DNA from: a virus
Strand: one strand, 5' to 3'
DNA: 64,000 bases
IMG/VR virus record: IMGVR_UViG_3300036398_002324
Shown piece after piece: positions 31,997 through 40,556 of this stretch; the stretch's first letter is position 1, and each line of letters opens with the position of its first letter. The translations under genes and the position numbers were made by a program. The notes under the pieces were generated by a model. That model did no database searches. It was not told the DNA's origin and saw only the letters and a list, made by a program, of their open reading frames with translations.

Positions 31997-32326
31997 ATGA
32001 AAAACAATGTGACTGGCGATTTGGCTACTGCGCTGATTGGCTACAAAGATGCGATTGTTTCGAATTATTACAACAAATGGGCGCCTGATACGGGCGTTGA
32101 TGTTGATGTGTCTCGCTTTGGTATTGAGTTTGAAGAAGGTAACAAATACGTGAAGATTGTTTCGGTGTCGTGGGGCTCCCGCTCGGTTCATTCGTTTGTT
32201 GAAAAGGCTACGGGTGATATCTGGAAAGCAGCTTCGTGGAAAGCGCCAGCACGAAACTTTGTGCGTGGTAATGTATTCAAACCTGATTCGTATCTGAATC
32301 GGACAACATGGACAGGAGTGGTATAA
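31997..32326 (+). CDS. Conserved early phage protein
   Basis: SVHSFVEK.TGDIWKAASWKAPA..VRGN motif. Confidence 0.55.
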   Translation: MKNNVTGDLATALIGYKDAIVSNYYNKWAPDTGVDVDVSRFGIEFEEGNKYVKIVSVSWGSRSVHSFVEKATGDIWKAASWKAPARNFVRGNVFKPDSYLNRTTWTGVV

Positions 32327-33212
32327 TTATGCTAAAATGGTTTACTAAAGAAAATCTTCGTGCTGCCATCGGACTTACTTTTGCAGGTCTGATGGTTCTT
32401 TGTTTATTCTTGGGCCGAATTGATTTGAGTATCTTTGCAGTGCTGTTTTTGATTCTGATGGAAATTGAAAAGATGAATGGCAATAAATGAGTCCACATCT
32501 TGACAAAGAGTTGTGTGGGAAGTATACTAACATAATGGTCGAGCGGCACCTTGGTGCTATGCAAACATCTATGTGTTGGGGCTTCGACCACGGCGACGGC
32601 TGGTTTCATATCCTTGATACAGCTATGAAACTGGTGCAGTCACATATTGATATTACTCGGCGCCGTGGTCATGAGATTGAACAAGTTGTATTTGAGCAGG
32701 TCAAAGAGAAGTTTGGTATGCTGACGATATATCATCGTGGTGGTGATGAATATACAAGAGGCATTCTCCGCATGGCAGAAGAGATAAGCCGCTGCACTTG
32801 TGAAGAATGTGGCTCACCAGGAACTCCAACAAAGACCGGTTGGATTCGAACACTGTGTGATAAACACCATGAAGAGATGGGAAAATGATGGTTATTGTAA
32901 ATGCTTTTTTTGCAGTATTATTCTGGAACATGAGTGATGTTGCAAAAGAAGAAGACCGTTCGGGATGGGCGCTTGTGTATCTGATAGCATCGGCTGCAAA
33001 TGGTGCTGCCGTTCTTGCTAGTATTTTTTAAGGAGAAGTGAAATGAAAGAAATGATTTTTGCTGCTGTTGTGTTTTTGATGTTTTTGAGTTTGATGGTAT
33101 TTTCGATAATTTATAGTGATACCATTCGGATTGATTGTCGAGAGAAAGCAATGGAAAAAGGTATTTACTCATCGGCTGAAATTCAAGTTCTTTGTAGATA
33201 AAGGAGAAAACA

Positions 33213-33689
33213 ATGCCCAATTGGTGCGATAATTCACTGACACTTACTCATTCAGATAAATTGAAACTGGATGAATTAGAAGCGGAATTGCAAAAGAAAG
33301 AAGATGCTGAACTATTTTCACACTTTAGGTCAAACGGAGGAGAATGGGATTATGGTTGGTGTTTAGAGAATTGGGGCACCAAATGGGAAGCACGTATCAT
33401 CGATTGGGAACGTATCGATGAAACAACGATGTTTATTAGTTTCGAAACTGCATGGGGCCCACCAATTGCATTGTATGAATACATTGAACAAGAAGAGTGG
33501 TCAGTAGAAGGTCTGTATCATGAACCAGGCATGGCTTTTGTTGGCATGTACGAGCAGGGCTCAGACAATTATTTTGAGTATGGTGATTTATCTGCTGATG
33601 AAATTGAAGAAGAAATACCGGAAGTGTTAGAAGAAACATTTGGTATGGCACAATACAAGCGTGAATGGGAAGATGAGGAAGAAGAATGA
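33213..33689 (+). CDS. YubB/DUF1281-like ferredoxin-fold protein
   Basis: MPNWCDN, WCLENWGTKW, FETAWGPP, EPGM motifs. Confidence 0.65.
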   Translation: MPNWCDNSLTLTHSDKLKLDELEAELQKKEDAELFSHFRSNGGEWDYGWCLENWGTKWEARIIDWERIDETTMFISFETAWGPPIALYEYIEQEEWSVEGLYHEPGMAFVGMYEQGSDNYFEYGDLSADEIEEEIPEVLEETFGMAQYKREWEDEEEE

Positions 33690-33954
33690 AAGTAATGAAA
33701 CACGAATGGCATTCAGTAGATTCTCAATGGACATTTGAGATTACAGAAGACTTTATCGCAGAAGTTTATCCTGAGTTGGAAGAAGATGAAGTCAAACAAA
33801 AAATGGAAGCCCTTTCAAGTGGTGAAATAGAAGTATCGGAAATTATGAATGATGCATGGGATGTTGGTGTTGACATTGATTGGGACCATGAGTATGATGA
33901 TTGGTGGACATCACGAAAAGGCGGATATGAAGTCACCTATGAGTTGGAAGAAGA

Positions 33955-34338
33955 ATGAGTAATTACGGAATTCACTCAAATAGGTTTCAAGGAGATTATA
34001 AGCGTGTGCTGACAGTCTGTTCAGCTAACATGCTGCGGTCACCTACAATAGCACATGTGTTATCTGCGAATCCGTATAATTTTAATACAAGGTCAGCTGG
34101 TACAGAATCATATGCTTTGATTCCAGTCACCGAAGATTTGCTGATGTGGGCTGATGAAATTGTGTGTGCTGATACGGAACATGCAATGTGGGTACGCAAT
34201 AAAATGATGACCTGGATGTTAGATAAGCCAATCATCAATCTTGAAATTCCTGATAACTATGAGTATCGGAATCCTGAATTGATTAAGTTAATCAAGGAGC
34301 GTTATGCACAACGAACTATTAAACCATCTGGCACTTGA
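33955..34338 (+). CDS. Low-molecular-weight protein tyrosine phosphatase-like protein
   Basis: P-loop VCSANMLRS, SAGT, WADEI, IPD. Confidence 0.8.
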   Translation: MSNYGIHSNRFQGDYKRVLTVCSANMLRSPTIAHVLSANPYNFNTRSAGTESYALIPVTEDLLMWADEIVCADTEHAMWVRNKMMTWMLDKPIINLEIPDNYEYRNPELIKLIKERYAQRTIKPSGT

Positions 34339-34521
34339 AACTGGCGGGAGTCACTTTCCCGCCGTTTTTAAACAATATCAAAAAGACTACGTTTTGAATG
34401 TGTTGTCAGAAATATATCAAGTCTATGAAAAAGGTGAGAACAAGCCAGAAGATTATCTAGCACTGGACCTCTGGGATGATATTGTACGCCATTTCCAACT
34501 TGATAATTATGAAATTGATAA

Positions 34522-34577
34522 GTTGCTAAAAAACAACAAACAAACCGCTTGACAGAGTTCCGACCATTCTGTAGAAT
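34522..34577 (+). promoter_or_regulatory. sigma70 promoter with upstream GTTG-N8-CAAC palindrome
   Basis: GTTGctaaaaaaCAAC at 34522; TTGACA(34549)-17-TAGAAT. Confidence 0.65.
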
Positions 34578-35558
34578 TATACATGTTGATGATTATTACA
34601 GGAGTTTGTGATGGCTTACGTATCTCAAGAGTTGAAAGCAAAACTGGCACCAAAAATCAAGGCAATCTGCAAAAAGTATGGCGTGAAAGCCAGCCTTGCA
34701 GTTCGCCATCATTCGACCCTGGTGTTGAATGTAAAATCCGGTAAGATTGATTTTATCAATGACTACGGTGATACGCCAGAAACACGGGCTGATGCTGAGA
34801 AATTCGGCATTCAAGTGAATCCCTATCACTACAAAAGCCACTTCAATGGTGAAGCTTATCATTTTCTGAGTGAAGTGATTCCAGAAATGAATGCTGGTAA
34901 CTGGGATAAGTCTGATATTCAAAGTGATTATTTCAATGTTGGTTGGTACATTGACGTAAATATTGGTAAGTGGAACAAACCTTATACTCTGGAGGCTTAA
35001 TATGGATCAAATTGATAAAATTATGGCGTTTGAATCAGGTGAACTAGACTTTGATGCTACGGTAGAATTGTTTCAAGATTTGATTGATTCGGGTCTGGCG
35101 TGGCAATTGCAAGGTTCGTATGGTCGTATGGCAAATTCTCTGATTGAGAATGGTTATTGTGAGCGATAAAATGAGTGAGCCAAGAATCGTATCAAATCGA
35201 ATTCGTACTCCTGATGGTACGATTCTTGAATCCATGCATCGGCATGATTATGTAACTTATATTGATACAAATGGACTCGAATACATGGTTGATGGCGGCT
35301 TGGATTACCTGCGCCGTAATGTACATGATGAAGCACCCGCTGAAGAATTATCGGTATATTCCAGTGAATCGCACGATGTAATTCGTGAAGCATTCAAGTG
35401 GGGAACACGTGGCAAAGATGGTAGACAGCCTTTGACATATGTACCGCTGAAAGACTTGACAACAGACCACATTGTGGCTATACTTGAAACTCAAGATCAT
35501 ATTCAGCAATATATCAGAAATATTTTTTTGGATGAGATGATTTTTAGAACAAAAAATG

Positions 35559-35566
35559 TATAAATA
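35559..35566 (+). promoter_or_regulatory. T4 late promoter TATAAATA
   Basis: Perfect consensus 5 nt before the leader ATG. Confidence 0.75.
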
Positions 35567-35571
35567 AGATT

Positions 35572-35667
35572 ATGAACAAACATATACACAATACGAAGCC
35601 CTGCCAAGAGTATCGCACATTTAGCGATAATGGATCATGGGCGATTACGTTGGGAGTTTGTGTATAG
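35572..35667 (+). CDS. Putative attenuator leader peptide containing all 20 amino acids (MNKHIHNTKPCQEYRTFSDNGSWAITLGVCV)
   Basis: Manual translation; overlaps the antiterminator strand; precedes a terminator and the tRNA array. Confidence 0.7.
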   Translation: MNKHIHNTKPCQEYRTFSDNGSWAITLGVCV

Positions 35668-35694
35668 AAGTTAGTCTGTAGCATAAGATTACAC

Positions 35695-35729
35695 AAACCC
35701 CGAAGCCCAAAAAGTTTCGGGGTTTTTTT
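35695..35729 (+). terminator. Attenuator terminator hairpin
   Basis: AAACCCCGAAGC-loop-GTTTCGGGGTTT plus T-tract; 5' arm can alternatively pair with 35652-35664. Confidence 0.85.
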
Positions 35730-35731
35730 AT

Positions 35732-35805
35732 CTCGGTGTGGTGAAATGGTATCATGCGTGGTTTGGGACCATGCGGCGAAAGTTCGATTCTTTCCACCGA
35801 GACCA
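35732..35805 (+). tRNA. tRNA-Pro(TGG)
   Basis: Cloverleaf, CCA. Confidence 0.9.
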
Positions 35806-35814
35806 GAATAATGT

Positions 35815-35902
35815 GTTGTAAAACAACAACACAAAAATGCTTGACAGTTTGGCGAAATATCTTTATAATCGTTTCTGTTGAGTGATTGAAGTTCTTTAAA
35901 AA
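35815..35902 (+). promoter_or_regulatory. tRNA-operon sigma70 promoter with GTTG-N8-CAAC and a boxA-like element
   Basis: TTGACA(35841)-17-TATAAT; GTTCTTTAAAAA at 35891-35902. Confidence 0.7.
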
Positions 35903-36026
35903 GTGTGAATCAAAACAGGTGTGAGCGACCTGTCTCTGAAAAGAGTTGAGCAAGGGTTTGATGCAGTAATGACTTCGGCATCATGTAATAGTCTGTTCCT
36001 TGTTAGTTTGCGAATTTTAGTTTTAT

Positions 36027-36102
36027 GCACCGTTCGTCTATCTGGTTAGGACAACGCCCTTTCAAGGCGTAAAGACGGGTTCGAATCCCGTACGGTGTAC
36101 CA
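36027..36102 (+). tRNA. tRNA-Glu(TTC)
   Basis: Cloverleaf, CCA. Confidence 0.92.
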
Positions 36103-36154
36103 AACTTTTAAAAAGGAGAGTCCACATGGACAGTGACAAGAGTAGTAAGATGAA

Positions 36155-36230
36155 GGGGCTATAGTCAAACGGTTAAGACAGCGGACTTTTAATCCGTCAG
36201 GTCAGGGTTCGAATCCCTGTGGCCCCACCA
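36155..36230 (+). tRNA. tRNA-Lys(TTT)
   Basis: Cloverleaf, CCA. Confidence 0.92.
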
Positions 36231-36316
36231 TATAAAAACACATTCAAACACATGATGACGCCCGGGGTTATGGAATGTTTTACGACACTCCAAGAATGTG
36301 TTTCTATATGGTTTGT

Positions 36317-36390
36317 TGGGATATAGTGTAATGGCAGCACCGCAGACTTTGACTCTGTTAGTCTAGGTTCAAATCCTAGTATCCCTGCCA
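36317..36390 (+). tRNA. tRNA-Gln(TTG)
   Basis: Cloverleaf, CCA. Confidence 0.9.
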
Positions 36391-36399
36391 AAATATTAT

Positions 36400-36477
36400 G
36401 GCACTTTAGCATAGCTGGCCTAATGCGCTGCCCTGTCACGGCAGAGATCACGGGTTCGAATCCCGTAAGTGTCGCCA
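36400..36477 (+). tRNA. tRNA-Asp(GTC)
   Basis: Cloverleaf, CCA. Confidence 0.92.
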
Positions 36478-36486
36478 AAGTTTTAT

Positions 36487-36561
36487 TGCTCGGTAGCACA
36501 GCGGTAGTGCAGTTGACTGTTAATCAATTTGTCGTTGGTTCGATCCCAACCCGAGCAGCCA
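36487..36561 (+). tRNA. tRNA-Asn(GTT)
   Basis: Cloverleaf, CCA. Confidence 0.92.
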
Positions 36562-36562
36562 A

Positions 36563-36756
36563 GTTCCGGTTTCTACTTACCTGAAAGTAGCGGGTGTCAC
36601 ACGTTAGTTAGACCGGTTGGCTAGGCTACCGTTAGCGCAATGCAGAGCAGAGCACCTAGATATCCGGACACAACCGGTAGCACGATACGCTGAAACAAAT
36701 GTGGACAGGGTAAAAACTCAGCATAGGGGCGATGACTGGAAATCACGTAGCCTAAG
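36563..36756 (+). ncRNA. Candidate pseudoknotted ncRNA within the tRNA array
   Basis: Several complementary segments (ACCGGTTG/CAACCGGT, TAGGCTAC/GTAGCCTA, TTCCGGTT/GACTGGAA); no ORF. Confidence 0.55.
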
Positions 36757-36758
36757 CA

Positions 36759-36888
36759 ATATTAGTTTTGCAGTTTGTAAGCCATGGGCTTGATCATGCC
36801 TGAGTAACTATGTCTATAAACGGTAAAGAAAGTCCTGCAGGCTACTCCGTTGAAACATAGCAAATAGTGCAGACTGCAAAACTAATAT
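36759..36888 (+). ncRNA. Candidate ncRNA closed by a 21-bp stem
   Basis: ATATTAGTTTTGCAGTTTGTA pairs with TGCAGACTGCAAAACTAATAT (two G.U pairs). Confidence 0.5.
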
Positions 36889-36973
36889 GGGTTGGAAGCA
36901 TCAATGGTGATGCAGTGGACTGTAAATCCGCCGTCTTCGGGCACGACTGGTTCGATCCCAGTACAACCCACCA
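36889..36973 (+). tRNA. tRNA-Tyr(GTA)
   Basis: Cloverleaf with variable arm, CCA. Confidence 0.9.
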
Positions 36974-36979
36974 TATTTT

Positions 36980-37054
36980 CGGTCTTTAGTAAAATGGATA
37001 TTACGGATGGCTACGGACCATCAAGTGGGAGTTCGATTCTCTCAGGACCGGCCA
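36980..37054 (+). tRNA. tRNA-Arg(ACG)
   Basis: Cloverleaf, CCA. Confidence 0.88.
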
Positions 37055-37055
37055 A

Positions 37056-37130
37056 GGGGGATTGGTATAGTTGGGAACACATCAGATTTGCATTCTGAAG
37101 TAATCGGTTCGAATCCGATATCCTCCACCA
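37056..37130 (+). tRNA. tRNA-Ala(TGC)
   Basis: G3.U70 identity pair, CCA. Confidence 0.9.
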
Positions 37131-37137
37131 TAGTTTT

Positions 37138-37211
37138 GCCCGTTTAGTTAAATGGTATAACAGTTGATTTGTAATCATCTATTGGCAGTTCGATTCTGTC
37201 AACGGGCACCA
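37138..37211 (+). tRNA. tRNA-Thr(TGT)
   Basis: Cloverleaf, CCA. Confidence 0.9.
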
Positions 37212-37229
37212 ATATTATAGTTAAACATT

Positions 37230-37856
37230 ATGATTAAATTTAATGTAACTCCTATTTTTCCTAGACCGTTCGCTGAATACACGGTTGATGAAAATATGGA
37301 TAATTTTTTTGAAGTCGTTAAAAATTTGAAGTATATTTCTCACAAGAATACATACTCAAATATTGAAACGACAGAAGATAAACACATATTAGATTCGTTG
37401 CCTGAAGTAAAAGAAATCTTTAAAAAGTATTTCTATCATTTCAAAAATGAGTTTTTGCATTTTAATGATATAGAGTTTGACATTACCACTTCATGGGCAA
37501 CTAAAACACAAAAAGGTGGTTTTAGCGCATCACACGCACATTACAATAGTTTTTATTCTGGCGTGTATTATTTTGAATCGATGCCCGAAGAGGGTGCTGA
37601 TGTTATTTTTGAGCGGCCTGAAGAAGTAAGTTCATTTCTTATTCAGCCCAATGAAATAGTAAATGATGTGACAACGAATTTTTGTTTTTATAAACCTGTT
37701 AAAAATACTTTGATATTTTTTCCAAGTTTTCTAAAACATAGAGTAGCGTTACATGAAATTGATGACATTCGGTATTCGTTGGCATTCAATGTTATTCCTG
37801 TTGGAAAATTTGGGTTTCAAGATTCAACTTTGAATGTGCGACTTAATAAGAATTAA
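37230..37856 (+). CDS. Putative 2OG-Fe(II) oxygenase
   Basis: HAHYNSFYSGVYY, FFPSFLKH, RYSLAFN motifs. Confidence 0.75.
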   Translation: MIKFNVTPIFPRPFAEYTVDENMDNFFEVVKNLKYISHKNTYSNIETTEDKHILDSLPEVKEIFKKYFYHFKNEFLHFNDIEFDITTSWATKTQKGGFSASHAHYNSFYSGVYYFESMPEEGADVIFERPEEVSSFLIQPNEIVNDVTTNFCFYKPVKNTLIFFPSFLKHRVALHEIDDIRYSLAFNVIPVGKFGFQDSTLNVRLNKN

Positions 37857-37862
37857 ATTTAT

Positions 37863-37939
37863 AGCGGATTAGGGAAGTGGTCGTTCCCGCCGGTCTCATA
37901 AGCCGGAGGTCGCAGGTTCGAATCCTGCATCCGCAACCA
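37863..37939 (+). tRNA. tRNA-Met(CAT), initiator-like
   Basis: 1:72 mismatch, CAT anticodon, CCA. Confidence 0.85.
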
Positions 37940-37961
37940 GTTTTTTATTTACGGGTGAAAC

Positions 37962-38429
37962 ATGAAAAAAGAAATTGACATACATGAAGTGGCTGCATTT
38001 CTTGACACATGCGGTCCCGATACGAAAGTTTACATTGGTGCAGACAGTGAACGTTTTCAAATAAATGGTGAATGGTTTGCTGATTATATTCTAGCGGTTG
38101 TTGTTCATATCGATGGTCGGCACGGTTGCAAGATTTTTGGTTGTGTTCAGCGTGAACGTGATTACGAACAAAAGAAAAATCGCCCACGTATGCGTTTGAT
38201 GACAGAAGTTTATAAAGTTTCGGAATTGTATTTAAAACTTTATGATGCAATACCACATGATATTGAAGTGCATTTAGATATTAATCCAAGTGAGATGCAC
38301 GGCAGTTCATGTGTAGTAAACGAAGCAATTGGTTATATCAAAGGTACATGTAATGTTGTACCGCTTGTGAAACCAAAAGCTTTTGCAGCAAGTTATGCGG
38401 CAGATAGATTTAAAAGTATTGCTGCTTAA
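37962..38429 (+). CDS. RNase H-fold protein (YkuK/DUF458-like)
   Basis: YIGADS, RLMTE, EVHLDIN, AASYAAD motifs. Confidence 0.7.
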   Translation: MKKEIDIHEVAAFLDTCGPDTKVYIGADSERFQINGEWFADYILAVVVHIDGRHGCKIFGCVQRERDYEQKKNRPRMRLMTEVYKVSELYLKLYDAIPHDIEVHLDINPSEMHGSSCVVNEAIGYIKGTCNVVPLVKPKAFAASYAADRFKSIAA

Positions 38430-38433
38430 AAAT

Positions 38434-38507
38434 CTCGGTGTGATGTAATGGTAGCATCGCAGTCTCCAAAACTGTTCGTTGCGGTTCAAGTCCGTACACC
38501 GAGGCCA
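38434..38507 (+). tRNA. tRNA-Trp(CCA)
   Basis: Cloverleaf, CCA. Confidence 0.9.
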
Positions 38508-38509
38508 GT

Positions 38510-38585
38510 GGTGTCTATAGTGTAGTGGTCTGCACGAATGTCTGTGGAACATTCAGTATGAGTTCAATCCTCATTAGACACCCCA
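38510..38585 (+). tRNA. tRNA-His(GTG)
   Basis: G-1:C73, CCA. Confidence 0.9.
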
Positions 38586-38587
38586 AT

Positions 38588-38663
38588 GGTGCTTTAGCTG
38601 ATGTGGTCATAGCGGCGGTTTGAAGAGCCGTTGAAGTTGGTTCGATTCCAACAGGCACCACCA
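38588..38663 (+). tRNA. tRNA-Phe(GAA)
   Basis: Cloverleaf, CCA; G37. Confidence 0.88.
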
Positions 38664-38664
38664 T

Positions 38665-38738
38665 TGTCCTGTAGTTAAATGGTATAACTGTCGATTGATA
38701 ATCGACCATTACAAGTTCAATTCTTGTCGGGACAACCA
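38665..38738 (+). tRNA. tRNA-Ile(GAT)
   Basis: Cloverleaf, CCA. Confidence 0.9.
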
Positions 38739-38739
38739 A

Positions 38740-38814
38740 GGTAATGTAGCATAACGGTAGTGCGCCTCCTTCATACGGAGTCAAGTGTAAGTTCGATTCT
38801 TACCATTACCACCA
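38740..38814 (+). tRNA. tRNA-Met(CAT), elongator-like
   Basis: Cloverleaf, CCA. Confidence 0.82.
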
Positions 38815-38816
38815 AT

Positions 38817-38893
38817 GCCCCTTTGACGGAACTGGTATACGTGTATGTCTTAGGAACATAATTTTGAGGGTTCGAATCCCTTGGGGGGCACCA
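38817..38893 (+). tRNA. tRNA-Leu(TAG), short variable loop
   Basis: Cloverleaf, A73, CCA. Confidence 0.85.
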
Positions 38894-38901
38894 AATTAAA
38901 C

Positions 38902-38976
38902 GCATCGTTAGTTCAGCGGTAGAATCCCTGCCTTACAAGCAGGTTGTCGTTGGTTCGAATCCAGCACGATGCACCA
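38902..38976 (+). tRNA. tRNA-Val(TAC)
   Basis: Cloverleaf, CCA. Confidence 0.92.
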
Positions 38977-38982
38977 AACAAC

Positions 38983-39060
38983 GGTAAGGTGGCTGAGTGG
39001 TCCAAAGCAACAGTCTGCAAAACTGTAAAACCATCGGTTCAAATCCGATCCTTACCTCCA
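38983..39060 (+). tRNA. tRNA-Cys(GCA)
   Basis: U73, CCA. Confidence 0.92.
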
Positions 39061-39064
39061 GAAT

Positions 39065-39154
39065 GGAAACGTGGCCGAGTGGTTTAAGGCTCTAGTCTTG
39101 AAAACTAGCGATTCAGAAATGGATCCGTGAGTTCGAATCTCACCGTTTCCGCCA
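39065..39154 (+). tRNA. tRNA-Ser(TGA)
   Basis: Long variable arm, CCA. Confidence 0.92.
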
Positions 39155-39159
39155 AACAT

Positions 39160-39246
39160 GGAGAGTTGGCAGAGTGGTAATGCACCGGATTGCTAATCCG
39201 CCGTTTCGAAAGAGGCGCACAGGTTCGAATCCTGTACTCTCCGCCA
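39160..39246 (+). tRNA. tRNA-Ser(GCT)
   Basis: Long variable arm, CCA. Confidence 0.92.
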
Positions 39247-39876
39247 TTTTTGGTAATGAAAATCGAAAATATTGACAAAAATCACTTTTTCAGTCATAAT
39301 CACTACTATCATGAATACGAAAAAATCAAAAATTTCTTCAAAACCACGAAATTTTGTCGCTAAGGATCTCTTTTCGGCAAAATATCGCATGAAAGTTGAG
39401 AAATCACCCGCAGTATTTTATTCACGTGCAGTCGAAAAACAAAATTTTAGGAAAAATTATGACGGATTCTAGTAAAAACGAAGAAAATGATGATATTACT
39501 GAAAATTATGACGGTTTTTACTTTATTCCAACAGAGACTAAAGATGAATCAAGCTACAAATTAGCATTTTTCACGTTTAAAGATGAAATGGCAAATGCAA
39601 AACCGATAGAAACGTCTGAAATGGGCGATACATTTCATATTGCATTCTTCAAACCCGATGAAAATGACCTTCCTGTGTTCGATGATTCGTTTGAAGCTAT
39701 TTTGACTGACCCAATCGTGTATATTAACAATTTAGTTGGCACTGGTATGTCTGGCTGCATACTCAGAAAGACTGAAAAATCGGAAGTTTGGTTTCAAGAG
39801 TATTTGGATTATATAACTGGCGGCGAATTTGAAACAAAAGTTCGTGAAATTGCAAAAAATATAGCGGAGAACTAAT

Positions 39877-40173
39877 ATGAATGTATTTTCTGGTGATAGT
39901 GATGATGCAAAAGCAGGTCGTGATTGGCTAAAAAGTTTGTTAGAAGAAAACACGGTAGAAGTTGTGTTTACTAAAAAAGATGGCACTGAACGTGTGATGA
40001 ATTGTACATTGAAAGAAGATGTTCTGCCAACAGTACAAAAAGAAATTGAAGAAGATTCATTCACAAAGACAAAAGCAAAAGATGCACTTGCTGTTTGGGA
40101 TGTTGACGCAAGTGGTTGGCGTTCTTTTCGTTGGGACTCAATCAAGTCTGTTAATTTTTCATTGGGAGCATAA
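39877..40173 (+). CDS. SH3/WYL-like phage protein
   Basis: FTKKDGTERVMNCTL...VWDVD..GWRSFRWD. Confidence 0.65.
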   Translation: MNVFSGDSDDAKAGRDWLKSLLEENTVEVVFTKKDGTERVMNCTLKEDVLPTVQKEIEEDSFTKTKAKDALAVWDVDASGWRSFRWDSIKSVNFSLGA

Positions 40174-40472
40174 TTATGCCTAAGTATATCGTAGAACAGT
40201 TGTCTTGTTTTAGAAATGTTCATGTTGTTGAAGCAGAAACCGAACAAGAAGCAATTGCAATCTCAGAACAAGCCGATGATAACTGGCAAGAATGGCTTGG
40301 TTGTCTGAAAGTTGACGTAAATCATTTTTCCGATGAACGTATTGCATATTTTAAAGAAAAAGATTATTTTTGGAATGGCGTATCATACAAAGATGCTGAT
40401 GGCTATATCGGATATATACATCCGAGCGGTGAAAAAGTAGAACGTAAAGAAATTAAGATTAAATGAAGCAAT

Positions 40473-40546
40473 GCGGGATTAGTTTAATGGTAAAACGTGA
40501 GCCTTCCAAGCTCCTGTTATCAGTTCGATTCTGATATCCCGCTCCA
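40473..40546 (+). tRNA. tRNA-Gly(TCC)
   Basis: Cloverleaf, U73, CCA. Confidence 0.92.
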
Positions 40547-40556
40547 AAGGACAATT

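Noticed and set aside
36197-39390. ORF-track proteins across the tRNA cluster (e.g. 36197-36499, 36892-37098, 38515-38784)
   Set aside because: Chance frames over tRNA genes.
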